Shown here: piece by piece, positions 28,992-38,551 of the stretch
Position numbering within the stretch: the first letter of the stretch is position 1
How the letters are laid out: the number at the start of each line of letters is the position of its first letter
From: Candidatus Woesearchaeota archaeon
Lineage (GTDB): Archaea; Nanobdellota; Nanobdellia; Woesearchaeales; UBA10216
Direction of reading: 5' to 3'
Assembly (NCBI GenBank): GCA_018303115.1
Contig: JAGVYT010000001.1
Coordinates: 10,279 to 74,278, forward strand
DNA: 64,000 nt
Translations under genes and position numbers: made by a program
Notes under the pieces: generated by a model
What the model saw: the letters and a program-made list of their open reading frames with translations, nothing else
What the model was told of the DNA's origin: nothing
Databases searched by the model: none

Positions 28992-29233
28992 TTGTAAACA
29001 TCCTTTCGGTGATCAAAACAATTTATTATGATACTATCTTTTTCTAATCTGTAAATTATCCTATAAGGGGGAATTCTTATACTTCGATGCCCTTTTAGCT
29101 GATACTGCAATGGTTTTCCTGATTCTGGAAGTTCGCCCAGTTTCCTAATATTTTTAATGAGTTTCAATCTCGTAGGCTTATCTTTAATCTTTCTGAATTC
29201 TTTCTTAAATTCTTCAGAAAATATTATCTGCAT
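28988..29233 (-). CDS. RelE/ParE family toxin
   Basis: IIFSEEFKKEFRK, GKPLQYQLKGHRSIRIPPYRIIY, HRKDVY. Confidence 0.88.
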   Translation of the reverse strand: MQIIFSEEFKKEFRKIKDKPTRLKLIKNIRKLGELPESGKPLQYQLKGHRSIRIPPYRIIYRLEKDSIIINCFDHRKDVYK

Positions 29234-29234
29234 T

Positions 29235-29510
29235 TTAAGCCATCAACAAATCGTCTATATCTTCATCACTCATTTTAGTATCTATTTTAACTACTCTGCC
29301 TTTCTTAATTTGTTCTTCGCTTCTCTTAATTTTATCTATTAATACCATATCTTCTCTTAAAGCTTCTTTTTTAACTTGCTTTAACATAATATTCCCACCT
29401 TCATTAAATACAATAAACTTAGTTGATGGCTTTATGCCTGCATCTTTCCTTATTTCAGATGGTATTACAATCTGCCCATTCTGAGATATCCTAGTCATAG
29501 CAACTTCCAT
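29235..29510 (-). CDS. AbrB/MazE/SpoVT family antitoxin
   Basis: TRISQNGQIVIPSEIRKDAGIK; upstream of the RelE gene. Confidence 0.85.
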   Translation of the reverse strand: MEVAMTRISQNGQIVIPSEIRKDAGIKPSTKFIVFNEGGNIMLKQVKKEALREDMVLIDKIKRSEEQIKKGRVVKIDTKMSDEDIDDLLMA

Positions 29511-29615
29511 TTTTATCACCTACAATATATTTTAATATTAAAACATATTTTATATATAAACCTTTTGGTTTTTGGGCTCCAAATTCTATTGTTCCTGGGC
29601 AACCTCCGCTCACGA

Positions 29616-29776
29616 GGGAATTCTCAGAGGTCATTCGCAAACTTCAGTTATATCAAGTTGAGTAAATAGAGGAACTTGATTGCATCCATTGTTGCTACCG
29701 GACTCAACTTGATTATTAGGAAGTTGACCATGAAGTTCCAATATTTCGTCAACTTCCCATAAGTCCGATGTTATAC
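29616..29776 (+). repeat. Repeat B copy 2, two stacked hairpins and an attC-like right half (right boundary of the island)
   Basis: ATCAAGTTGAGT/ACTCAACTTGAT (29652-29713), GGAAGTTGAC/GTCAACTTCC (29719-29757), CCATAAG TCCGAT GTTATAC. Confidence 0.7.
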
Positions 29777-29842
29777 CAGTCGCTAACTTTACAGCTCACG
29801 TATTCCAAAAATTTAAATACTCTCCCAAGACACCGCTGCAAG

Positions 29843-30772
29843 ATGGCAACCGAGCTCTCTGTTGTAATCCCGGCGTATAACGAACAGGATAACATCCAGC
29901 CCCTCACTCAGGAGCTCATAAGCGTTCTTAATTCATACGGAAAGCCTTACGAAATAATTTTTATTGACGACGGCAGCACTGATGCCACTGCCGAGAAAAT
30001 CGCACTCCTCCATGAAAAAAACAGGAACATCCGCCTAATACAGTTCAGGAAAAACTTCGGGCAAACCGCAGCCCTTGATGCAGGCTTTAAGAATGCCAAC
30101 GGAAAGATTATCATTCCGATGGATTCGGACCTGCAAAACGACCCTGCAGACATACCAAGGCTTCTTTCAGGGCTTAACAATTCAGATGCCGTTGTCGGAT
30201 GGCGCAAAGACAGAAAAGACGCATTGCCAAAACGCCTTTTTTCAAGGCTGGCGAACGCCATGCGAAAGGCGCTTACAGGCGAGCGCATACACGACTCAGG
30301 GTGCACGCTGAAAGCCATCCGGAAGGAAGCAGTGGAGGAGCTTGACCTTTACGGGGAAATGCACCGCTTCATCCCTGCACTGCTTATGTGGAAGGGCTTT
30401 AAGGTTACGGAAGCTGTTGTCAGGCACCGCCCGCGCCATTCAGGAAAAACAAAATACAACTTCAAGCGCCTGCTCAAGGGATTCCTGGACTTGCTTGTGG
30501 TAAAGTTCTGGATGCAATACTCAACCAGGCCGATACACCTCTTCGGGGGATTGGGCATGTTTTTCAGCCTGCTTGGCGTTATCATGGGGCTACACTTAAC
30601 ATTCCTTAAAATATTCAGGGGGGAGCAGCTGGCAAACAGGCCAATGCTTTTGCTGGCAGTGCTACTCGTTGTCCTTGGAACTCAGTTCGTTCTTTTCGGC
30701 TTTATAGCAGACATACTGATAAAAACGCACTACAAGGGAAAGCCGCCTTACTCAATCAAGAGAACGCTCTGA
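29843..30772 (+). CDS. GT2 polyprenol-phosphate glycosyltransferase (ArnC/DPM1-like) with two C-terminal TM helices
   Basis: SVVIPAYNE, DDGSTD, NFGQTAA, MDSDLQNDP, GEMHRFIP. Confidence 0.9.
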   Translation: MATELSVVIPAYNEQDNIQPLTQELISVLNSYGKPYEIIFIDDGSTDATAEKIALLHEKNRNIRLIQFRKNFGQTAALDAGFKNANGKIIIPMDSDLQNDPADIPRLLSGLNNSDAVVGWRKDRKDALPKRLFSRLANAMRKALTGERIHDSGCTLKAIRKEAVEELDLYGEMHRFIPALLMWKGFKVTEAVVRHRPRHSGKTKYNFKRLLKGFLDLLVVKFWMQYSTRPIHLFGGLGMFFSLLGVIMGLHLTFLKIFRGEQLANRPMLLLAVLLVVLGTQFVLFGFIADILIKTHYKGKPPYSIKRTL

Positions 30773-30783
30773 CTCCGGTTAAG

Positions 30784-31392
30784 ATGAAACTATTCAATAT
30801 TCTGCGAAACCTCCCAATAGACTTGGGACAGGAGGGTATGCGCTCAAAAACCAAAGGGAAGATTATAGCGCGAAGCCTTGTTCCACAAGCAAAAGAAGGG
30901 CAAACTGCACTTGACTTAGGCTGCAGGGAAGGGACACAGTCAAAATGGCTTGAGAAAAAGGGCTACAAGGTAACAAGCATCGACATAGAAAAAAATTACG
31001 AAAAATGCCTGATAGTTGACTGCAATAAGAAACTGCCATTCAAAACAGGCAGCTTTAACCTCGTCTGGTGCAGCGAGGTCGTTGAACACCTTGAAAACCC
31101 CGGAAAATCCGTTAAGGAAATGAAGCGAGTCCTGAAACCCGGCGGATTGCTTTTGGTTACAACCCCGAACAGCAGGTGCTGGTTTTACAGAATACTATCC
31201 CTGGCGGGCTTTAAGCCGAAAAAAATACAGAACCCCGACCACAAACACTTTTTTGGGGAAAAAGACGTGAAAAGCCTCTTCCAGGACGCAAAAATACTCG
31301 GCTACTTCCCGTATGCGATTTACAAAGCAACCATCGGGAGAAGCCTTAATTTTTTAACACCCACCTTCGTAGTTATTTGGAGAAAATCGTGA
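30784..31392 (+). CDS. Class I SAM methyltransferase (Methyltransf_11-like)
   Basis: ALDLGCREG, SEVVEHL, RVLKPGG, TTPN. Confidence 0.85.
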   Translation: MKLFNILRNLPIDLGQEGMRSKTKGKIIARSLVPQAKEGQTALDLGCREGTQSKWLEKKGYKVTSIDIEKNYEKCLIVDCNKKLPFKTGSFNLVWCSEVVEHLENPGKSVKEMKRVLKPGGLLLVTTPNSRCWFYRILSLAGFKPKKIQNPDHKHFFGEKDVKSLFQDAKILGYFPYAIYKATIGRSLNFLTPTFVVIWRKS

Positions 31393-31397
31393 GAGAA

Positions 31398-31793
31398 ATG
31401 AAAAGATACCTCATTTTCCTTATGGGAGGAGGAATAGGCTTTCTTCTTACAATCCTTACCACGACTATGCTGACAGAAGTTTTCAGCCTCTGGTATGCGC
31501 TCTCTTATGCGTTTGGGCTTGCTGTTGGAACCATTTTCAAGTTCCTATACCACCGAAGGATAACCTTTAACAAGCCGAGCAAATGGAAAACCCGCTTCCT
31601 GAAGTTCATAATGCTTGTTGCTATTATGACCATAGTAAACTGGCTGTTGGTATATGCCAGCTCAGAAACATTGGCAAGAATCTTCCAAGGAGAGGTAAAA
31701 ACACTGCATTACTTGGCAAGCATCTTTTTTGTCAGCGGACTCCTGTCCCTTGTCAACTTCTGGTTTAACAAGCACTGGGTATTCAGGAGCTAA
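31398..31793 (+). CDS. GtrA-like membrane protein
   Basis: Four TM helices; [10 protein letters not shown] and [10 protein letters not shown] motifs. Confidence 0.82.
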   Translation: MKRYLIFLMGGGIGFLLTILTTTMLTEVFSLWYALSYAFGLAVGTIFKFLYHRRITFNKPSKWKTRFLKFIMLVAIMTIVNWLLVYASSETLARIFQGEVKTLHYLASIFFVSGLLSLVNFWFNKHWVFRS

Positions 31794-32709
31794 ACCACTC
31801 AATGGTCTTCTTCAAGCCCTCGTCAACGCCAACCTCGGGCTCCCATTTGAGGAGCTGTTTTGCCCTGCTTATGTCAGGGCACCTTGTCTTAGGGTCGTCC
31901 GCAGGCAAAGGCCTGAAAACTATCCTGCTTTTAGAGCCGGTTAATTCAATAATTTTTTCAGCCAAATCAAGAATAGTGAACTCATCCGGGTTCCCGATAT
32001 TGACGGGCTCGTTAACATCCGACAGCATCAGTTTGTAAATGCCTTCAATCATGTCGGAAATATAACAAAAGCTTCTGGTCTGCGAGCCGTCGCCGTAAAC
32101 AGTAATCGGCCTGTTTGCAAGAGCCTGCGTTATGAAATTGGGAACAGCCCTGCCGTCCTTTTTCCTCATCTGGGGACCGTAAGTGTTGAAAATGCGGGCA
32201 ATCTTTGCATCCGTATTATGCACCCTGTGGTAAGCGACAGTAAGGGCTTCAGCATAACGCTTCGCCTCGTCGTACACTCCGCGAGGTCCAATGGCATTAA
32301 CATTTCCCCAATAGCTCTCAGGCTGCGGATGAACTTTGGGGTCGCCGTAAACCTCAGACGTTGAGGCAAGCATGAAAACAGCCTTCTTGGAGCGGGCAAT
32401 CCCCAGGGCATTATGGGTTCCCAAAGCGCCAACCTTCAGTGTCTGGATGGGAAGCTGGGCATAATCAACAGGAGAAGCAGGACTCGCGAAGTGCAAAACG
32501 TAATCAACATCTTCTTTCAGCTCTAAAGGAAGCGATATGTCGTGGACAATCAATTTGAAATTCGGATTTGATTTAAAGCCTTCAATATTAGCCCTGTCGC
32601 CGGTAAGAAAGTTATCAACGCAAATTATTCTGTAACCTTTTTCAAGCAGGAACCTGCACAAATGGCACCCGATAAATCCTGCACCGCCGGTGATAAGGGC
32701 TGTTTTCAT
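31783..32709 (-). CDS. UDP-glucuronate decarboxylase (UDP-xylose synthase-like)
   Basis: [46 protein letters not shown]. Confidence 0.92.
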   Translation of the reverse strand: MKTALITGGAGFIGCHLCRFLLEKGYRIICVDNFLTGDRANIEGFKSNPNFKLIVHDISLPLELKEDVDYVLHFASPASPVDYAQLPIQTLKVGALGTHNALGIARSKKAVFMLASTSEVYGDPKVHPQPESYWGNVNAIGPRGVYDEAKRYAEALTVAYHRVHNTDAKIARIFNTYGPQMRKKDGRAVPNFITQALANRPITVYGDGSQTRSFCYISDMIEGIYKLMLSDVNEPVNIGNPDEFTILDLAEKIIELTGSKSRIVFRPLPADDPKTRCPDISRAKQLLKWEPEVGVDEGLKKTIEWFSS

Positions 32710-33440
32710 TCTCCAAACCCCTGCCTCGCCTCTTCCAGAGCCTCAATCCAGCCAATGTCAAACCACCTCTCAAAATAAACGTGGCCGTAAACCTTTTCCA
32801 GATTCATCAGCCATGCAAGGAAGTAGCCCATCTTGTCAGCATTGTTCTTTTCATCAATGTAACGCTTAATCAACTCCAGTTTTTTCTGCGGAAAAAAGTA
32901 AATTCCCAAGGAAAGCAGCGTTGACTTCGGATTGGAGGCCTTTTCCATAAACTCTGAAAAGGAGTTGTCATCGTTCAAAACGACAGAGCCGGACTCGCGG
33001 GCAGCCTTGTAGGACTTTGACTCCCACAGCGGATTTATTATATTTGAAGCGCTTTTGAAAACATTAAAAGCGGGAACCAGGGAGAAATCAAAAATGTTGT
33101 CGCCGGCAACAACAAGAACGTCATCGTTAATGCCCCCCTTCTCAATGACGAACTGTATATCGCCAACCTGACCAAGCCGGTCGTCATTGCTTGCAGTGCC
33201 GTCATTCAGAATCTCAACAGGCACCTTAAAGGATTTGCCCTGAAGCCACTTCTCAAAATTTTTGTAAAACTTATCATTGGTAACAATGTAAATTCCATCA
33301 ACTTCGGGAATCTCAACAACCTTGTCTATAATGTGCTCAACAATCGGCCTGCCATTTACTTCAAGCAGGGGCTTTGGAGTCTCCTTTGTCAAAGGCCAAA
33401 GCCGTGATGCATAACCAGCGCAAGTCAGAACAGCTTTCAT
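32706..33440 (-). CDS. Sugar-phosphate nucleotidyltransferase family
   Basis: [29 protein letters not shown]. Confidence 0.85.
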   Translation of the reverse strand: MKAVLTCAGYASRLWPLTKETPKPLLEVNGRPIVEHIIDKVVEIPEVDGIYIVTNDKFYKNFEKWLQGKSFKVPVEILNDGTASNDDRLGQVGDIQFVIEKGGINDDVLVVAGDNIFDFSLVPAFNVFKSASNIINPLWESKSYKAARESGSVVLNDDNSFSEFMEKASNPKSTLLSLGIYFFPQKKLELIKRYIDEKNNADKMGYFLAWLMNLEKVYGHVYFERWFDIGWIEALEEARQGFGE

Positions 33441-34735
33441 CGCCCCACCCCGATATAATTGAAACCCCTAGACTTCAAATCCTCAGGCTCGTAAATGTTC
33501 CTGCCGTCAATAATGTTAGGAACTGCCATCAGCGCCTTCATCTTTTCCTTGTCCAACTCACGGAACAAATCCCATTCAGTCGCAATAACAAGGGCGTGCG
33601 CATTTTCCAAAGCGCCCAAGGGGGTCTCCGAGAAAGCCACGCCCTTAACAACCTTCTTGGCTGTCTGCTCAGCGACAGGGTCAAAAGCGGTAATCACCGC
33701 CCCCAGCTTCTGCAGCTCATTAATAACGGTGATTGAAGGGGCTTCCCTCATGTCATCCGTTTTCGGCTTGAAGGACAAACCCCAAACAGCTATTTTTTTG
33801 CCATTCAAGTCAGGAACAAGCTTCTTAACTTTTGGAATAAGCGAAAGCTTCTGCCTTTCATTAACAGATTCGATGGCATTAAGCATGTCAGCATTGCAAC
33901 CATGCTCTTTAAAGATCTGTGTTAAAGCCCTGAGATCCTTCGGAAAGCAGCTTCCCCCGTAACCGGCGCCAGCCTGCAAAAACCTCGGGCCAATCCTGTT
34001 ATCCAAGCCAACCCCGCGGGCAACCATCTTGACATCCGCCCCGACCCTCTCGCACAAATGCGAAAGCTCATTCATGAAAGAAATGCGCGAGGCGAGCATG
34101 GCGTTGCTTGCATACTTTATAAGCTCTGACGTCTTAACATCTGTAAAGAAAATAGGCCTGCCGGTTCTTTCAATCGCCTTGTAAAGCGAATTCATGGTTT
34201 CCTTTGCCTTGCCATTGTCTGCGCCGATAACAATCCTGTCAGGAACCATGAAGTCCTGGACAGCCTCGCCCTCGCGCAAAAACTCGGGGTTGGAAACAAC
34301 GTCAAACTCATGCTTTTGCTTCATCTTTTCTTTTAAGCGCTCCTTAAGCTTGTGAGAAGTGCCAACGGGAACTGTGCTCTTCATAACAACAACCTTGTAG
34401 CCGTTAATGAACCTCGCTATGTCATCCGCAACCTGAAATACGGCAGACAAATCTGCCTTTCCATCACTATCAGAAGGCGTGCCGACAGCTATGAAAATAA
34501 TCTCCGAATTCTCAATAGCCAGCTGCGAATCAGTTGTGAACATAAGCCGTTTCTGAGCAGTGTTAGTCTCCACAATTTCGCGAAGCCCAGGCTCAAAAAA
34601 GGGCATGACGCCTCTCCTCAGATTGGAGATGCGCTCATCGTCGATGTCAACACAAATAACGTCATTTCCAAGGTTGGCAAGGCAGGCGCCTGTGACCAGC
34701 CCGACATAACCGGTTCCAACAACAGAGATTTTCAT
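33437..34735 (-). CDS. ugd: UDP-glucose 6-dehydrogenase
   Basis: GTGYVG, KSTVPVG, SNPEFLREG, GYGGSCFPKD, FKPKTDDMRE, DGRN. Confidence 0.95.
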   Translation of the reverse strand: MKISVVGTGYVGLVTGACLANLGNDVICVDIDDERISNLRRGVMPFFEPGLREIVETNTAQKRLMFTTDSQLAIENSEIIFIAVGTPSDSDGKADLSAVFQVADDIARFINGYKVVVMKSTVPVGTSHKLKERLKEKMKQKHEFDVVSNPEFLREGEAVQDFMVPDRIVIGADNGKAKETMNSLYKAIERTGRPIFFTDVKTSELIKYASNAMLASRISFMNELSHLCERVGADVKMVARGVGLDNRIGPRFLQAGAGYGGSCFPKDLRALTQIFKEHGCNADMLNAIESVNERQKLSLIPKVKKLVPDLNGKKIAVWGLSFKPKTDDMREAPSITVINELQKLGAVITAFDPVAEQTAKKVVKGVAFSETPLGALENAHALVIATEWDLFRELDKEKMKALMAVPNIIDGRNIYEPEDLKSRGFNYIGVGR

Positions 34736-34830
34736 GGCGAGACAGAATATAAACGGTCAATATAAATATCTTACCATTATCCTACCTTATCCGATAAGTT
34801 TATATATTATTGGTGTATAACACTTTCCGG

Positions 34831-34925
34831 AGCTGCCACGATTCAGCTTAGCTGAATTTATTTTCTCCCCCTTAACCAGTTAGAGAGGGGGAAAATAAGC
34901 CTTGCGCAGCAAGGGCGTGGCAGCT
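34831..34925 (+). repeat. Dispersed palindromic element copy E4 (four-way junction) in the putative 5' leader
   Basis: Outer AGCTGCCACG/CGTGGCAGCT enclosing three hairpins; the central one carries CTTAACCAG. Confidence 0.75.
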
Positions 34926-34942
34926 AAAGGGGAGAAGCAATC

Positions 34943-35740
34943 ATGAAACGCAAAATCAGTGTAACTCTTGACGAGAACATCCTGAAGGCCGTAGACGGGA
35001 TGATAGACAACATAATCATAAGAAACCGCTCGCAGGCGCTTGAGTTTCTTGCGAAAAATGCCCTTGGCGAGAACAAGACAGCAGTGATTCTTAGCGGAGG
35101 GGAGGAGTCAAGGCTGGAAATATCCCGGGGCGAATACAGGATTACAGCCAGAATAAAAAGCTCCACAGTGATAGAGCGCTCAATCAAGAAACTGCGTGAG
35201 AACGGCTTCAAGGAGATTTATGTCATAGCGAGGAAAAACGTCCTGACCAAAGTTTTTGACGTTGTAAAAGACGGCAGCGATTACAGCGTCAAGGTCAACT
35301 ACGTAGAGGAAAAGGAAAGCAAGGGAAGCGCTGACTCGCTGAAGCTTGCAAAGGGAAAGATAAACAACGACTTTCTCGTAGTTTACGGGCACGTTCTTTT
35401 TGAGAAAATAAACCTGGAAGCTTTATGGGGCAAGCACATGAAGCAGAATTCAGTAGCCACCTTAATGCTTACCACAGCAGCAAACCCGAGCGAGAAAGGC
35501 ACGGTGGCAATGGAAGGGGACAAGATACTGGAGTTCAAGCAGAAGCCCAGGAAGACAGACGTTTACCTTGTTTTTTCGGCGATATTCGCGGCAAGCCCTG
35601 ACATTTTCAACTACACCGAAGGAAGCCTTGAATACGATGTTTTCCCGCTGCTTGCCAGCAGGGGCCTGCTGTCAGGCCACGTCTCTGCAGAAAAGGAACT
35701 GCACATACACAGCGCAGATGACGTGAGGAAAGTGAAATAG
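34943..35740 (+). CDS. RHH DNA-binding domain fused to a degenerate sugar nucleotidyltransferase domain (putative regulator)
   Basis: KRKISVTLDENILKAVD...NRSQALE; AVILSGG, GSADSL, FLVVYGH, ATLML. Confidence 0.75.
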   Translation: MKRKISVTLDENILKAVDGMIDNIIIRNRSQALEFLAKNALGENKTAVILSGGEESRLEISRGEYRITARIKSSTVIERSIKKLRENGFKEIYVIARKNVLTKVFDVVKDGSDYSVKVNYVEEKESKGSADSLKLAKGKINNDFLVVYGHVLFEKINLEALWGKHMKQNSVATLMLTTAANPSEKGTVAMEGDKILEFKQKPRKTDVYLVFSAIFAASPDIFNYTEGSLEYDVFPLLASRGLLSGHVSAEKELHIHSADDVRKVK

Positions 35741-35790
35741 CCGTCAGATGCCAGAAAGGTTTTTATATAAGTTACCACTATTAAGTTAAT

Positions 35791-36543
35791 ATGAATCTTG
35801 GGGGCGTTGTTGCGGACGAGCAAAAGCAGCAGAGGAGCAAAACACTAGCGTTGTTTGACATAGGCGCAGTGCTCCTTGAATTGGATTATAGCACGTTTTT
35901 CAGGGAAGCCGCAAAGCTGTCAGCAGACGGCAAAAGCCCTGAAGATTTTAAGGAAGCCTACATAGCTGCAAATTTAGAGCCGAGATTTCACGCCGGCCAG
36001 ATGAGCAGCGGGAGCTACTTGAATGAGCTTCAAAGGCTTATAAACCCTGGCAGGAATCTATCTGAGGAAGAGCTGACAGCACTTGTTGGGATGCGGTACA
36101 CAGGAGCAATAGATGAAGTAGTTGAAATAAAAAGAAGGGCGCATGAGGCAGGCTATGCAGTTGGCTTGTTTTCAACCACATGCGAACTTGATGTGCGAAT
36201 ATTTAATGCGAGATATCCGGAAATGATGGAAACCTTCAGGCCGTCAAATCCGAGAATATTCTCTTTTAATGCAGGTTCCTGCAAGCCTGAACCACCAATG
36301 TATCAACGAGTTCAAGAGTTTGGGTTTGAGCGGGTTATTTTTATAGACGACAAACCAAGCCATATAAGGGCAGGCGTGGAAGAGTTTGGCTGGAAGGGAA
36401 TCCTGTTCACGCCTTATGTTGACCAGGCAGAGGCGATGAGGGCTGTCCACAGCGACACAACAATGCCCCAAAAGGATTTCAGAGTGGCTGACTCGGTAGG
36501 GGAATTAATTGACGCCTTAAGGTGTTTTGGAGTTGAGGTTTAA
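35791..36543 (+). CDS. HAD-superfamily hydrolase (YihX-like)
   Basis: LFDIGAVLL, CKPEP, FIDDK. Confidence 0.75.
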   Translation: MNLGGVVADEQKQQRSKTLALFDIGAVLLELDYSTFFREAAKLSADGKSPEDFKEAYIAANLEPRFHAGQMSSGSYLNELQRLINPGRNLSEEELTALVGMRYTGAIDEVVEIKRRAHEAGYAVGLFSTTCELDVRIFNARYPEMMETFRPSNPRIFSFNAGSCKPEPPMYQRVQEFGFERVIFIDDKPSHIRAGVEEFGWKGILFTPYVDQAEAMRAVHSDTTMPQKDFRVADSVGELIDALRCFGVEV

Positions 36544-36544
36544 G

Positions 36545-37342
36545 ATGAGAGAGTCTGCGTATGGAAGGCAGGTTGTCTTCTACTGGGAAGGCCTGAAAGG
36601 AATTGATGATGTAGTAATAACGCCAGTGGCTTCGACACTGACACATACAGGTGAAGAACAAAAAGAGATAGATGCAAAAGCAAAAGAGCTTCAGGAAGAC
36701 CCTTTTAGGTTTAACGGTTATTTGTGGAGATTTGAAGGCGTAAACGAAACAGGCAGGAAACTCATGCTAAAGGTAAGCCCGATAAGGTATGCAGAACACG
36801 ATGCGTTAAGAAGGAAGAAACTGGCAATGAAAGACTATCCAAATCCGCTTGGAGTAACTGTTGGCCAGGAAACAGCTGACGGATACTTCCCGTTAGGGGT
36901 GCAAGGAACAGGCGATAACAGGGAACTGGTCTTATTGGGCTCCGGGTTTATAGAAAGGACAAAGGATGGAACCAGTTTAGAGGCTGCAGTAAGAAGGGAA
37001 TGCTTCTCAGAAGAAACAAGCTATGGCGGCAACAAATTTTATGACGCACCTGAATTCCTTGAAAACACTGCACAGGTGGTGGCTATAACTTTTGGCTCAA
37101 GAAAGGACACCGGAGTGGTTATGCGCCTACCACTACCTGTAACGAGTAGGGAAGTAGGATTAGGCGATGAAGAACATTCAGACCTGCTTTTCTTACCTAA
37201 TAGTCCTGCCATAGTCACGGAAGTTATGGGAAATGGAAGTTATAAAAGTATTCCTGCCACAGACCAGTTAATAGGCTTTCTAGAAAGGTATTCTAGCCTG
37301 AAAGAAACTGGAAGATTAGTAAGTGCTTATCAGCATCAATAA
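36545..37342 (+). CDS. Hypothetical protein with a NUDIX-like fold
   Basis: FNG, T.DG, GSGFIE...AVRRECFSEET degenerate Nudix box, EEH. Confidence 0.55.
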   Translation: MRESAYGRQVVFYWEGLKGIDDVVITPVASTLTHTGEEQKEIDAKAKELQEDPFRFNGYLWRFEGVNETGRKLMLKVSPIRYAEHDALRRKKLAMKDYPNPLGVTVGQETADGYFPLGVQGTGDNRELVLLGSGFIERTKDGTSLEAAVRRECFSEETSYGGNKFYDAPEFLENTAQVVAITFGSRKDTGVVMRLPLPVTSREVGLGDEEHSDLLFLPNSPAIVTEVMGNGSYKSIPATDQLIGFLERYSSLKETGRLVSAYQHQ

Positions 37343-37347
37343 CAGTT

Positions 37348-37359
37348 AATTTTATAAAT
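37348..37359 (+). promoter_or_regulatory. Archaeal TATA box for the 5S rRNA gene
   Basis: TTTATAAA about 25 bp upstream of the 5S start. Confidence 0.6.
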
Positions 37360-37379
37360 CAGCCGAGAATCCTGTGTCC

Positions 37380-37498
37380 TGATGAACGGCCATGGCCGCC
37401 CGGGTACACCCGATCCCATTTCGAACTCGGAAGTTAAGCGGGCGCACGTTCCTAAGTGTACTGCACATCGTGTGGGAAATTAGGATCGCTGTTCATCA
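37380..37498 (+). rRNA. rrf: 5S ribosomal RNA
   Basis: Terminal helix TGATGAAC/GTTCATCA; CGGCCAT, CACCCGATCCCATTTCGAACTCGGAAGTTAAG signature, GTACTG. Confidence 0.95.
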
Positions 37499-37520
37499 CT
37501 TATTTTCTAAAGAAACACAA

Positions 37521-38510
37521 TCACTTGACAGCGTGGAATGCTGTCATGCCAGCATAAACCATGCCCTCGTCAAAGCGGGCTTCCAGGCCAGCACGAATCT
37601 CAGACGACAGCTGAGGTTCGGATTCCTTTAGTTCCCTGTAAGAATCGGGGTGAAGCTGCCTAACCCAGGAAAACAAATCAGCGAGATAAAAATCTGCTGT
37701 ACTTACTGCCTCTGCAAAGCCAAATTCTCTTTTGAAATGAACCGGCGAAACGACTGAAAAGCCTGCATGGTTAAGGCCGGAGATAACAAGGCGCTCTATG
37801 GCTGAAGAGGGTATCGGCTCCTTCCTTACTTTATCCAGTGAGGGGAGGTTAAATACCCTTCCAAAGGCCTGGGCTATCGGGTATATGCAGTCGTCCTCCT
37901 CAGGGAGCCAGTCACCGCCTAACGTAAGCGGAAGGTCAAAAAGGAACTCGCCACCGGGCTTTAAAACAGCATGGACGCTATTAAAAACAGAAGGCTGGTC
38001 TTGCAGGCGCACATAGCGCATCCCGGACTTCATAAAAACAAGGTCTGCAGGCGGAAGCTGCAAACTTTGTAAATCCTCCACACGCGCTTCAAGGTATTCA
38101 ATGCGGGTTTTACCGCCAACCTCTGCCAGATGCCCCTTTGCCACTTCAAGTGCTTCGGGAGCGCTATCTATGAGGATTAACCTCTCGGGCCTCAGAAAAT
38201 TCAAAACAACAGCTGAAGAATAGCCTGGCCCGCTGCACAAATCAACAGCAACTTCAGGTTGCTTGTTTTTGAGCAGGTAATAAAACAGTCCGAGCATCTG
38301 GGAAGTTCTTCCCAATTCCTTGCTGCGCTTCAGAAAATCTGCAAAGTACTCCCGCATATCAATAAAAGGCCTGACAGTGGAATAATGACTTGCAGCAGCG
38401 TCGCTGCCGATAGCTCTCGTCTCGTCGTAAAACCTGAGCGCCTCCAGAACAGCAGCCTCAGCTGAAGGCGAAAGAATTATTTTTTCCTCTGGTTTCGTAA
38501 TTTGCGCCAT
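37521..38510 (-). CDS. Class I SAM-dependent methyltransferase
   Basis: VDLCSGPG, LIDSA, ADLVF, VLKPGG. Confidence 0.8.
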   Translation of the reverse strand: MAQITKPEEKIILSPSAEAAVLEALRFYDETRAIGSDAAASHYSTVRPFIDMREYFADFLKRSKELGRTSQMLGLFYYLLKNKQPEVAVDLCSGPGYSSAVVLNFLRPERLILIDSAPEALEVAKGHLAEVGGKTRIEYLEARVEDLQSLQLPPADLVFMKSGMRYVRLQDQPSVFNSVHAVLKPGGEFLFDLPLTLGGDWLPEEDDCIYPIAQAFGRVFNLPSLDKVRKEPIPSSAIERLVISGLNHAGFSVVSPVHFKREFGFAEAVSTADFYLADLFSWVRQLHPDSYRELKESEPQLSSEIRAGLEARFDEGMVYAGMTAFHAVK

Positions 38511-38551
38511 AGCAAACAAGCAAACCTATAATCAAATAAAAAACTATGTAT

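Larger units (their letters stand above)
25548..29794. mobile_element. AT-rich integron-cassette-like island (CALIN-like; no integrase in window)
   Basis: Visible shift to AT-rich sequence; AAC...GTT hairpin sites at 25548-25595, 26112-26138, 27790-27816 and 29719-29776; repeated spacers; TA and orphan cargo. Confidence 0.6.

Noticed and set aside
25548..29794. CRISPR, prophage or IS interpretation of the island repeats
   Set aside because: The repeats are separated by whole genes; no transposase, integrase or virion genes are present; BRO-N is only a remnant
34831..34925. tRNA (cloverleaf-like fold)
   Set aside because: There is no T-loop TTCGA or D-loop GG, and the arm lengths do not fit a tRNA
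37392..37631. 79-aa ORF
   Set aside because: It overlaps the 5S rRNA gene and is spurious
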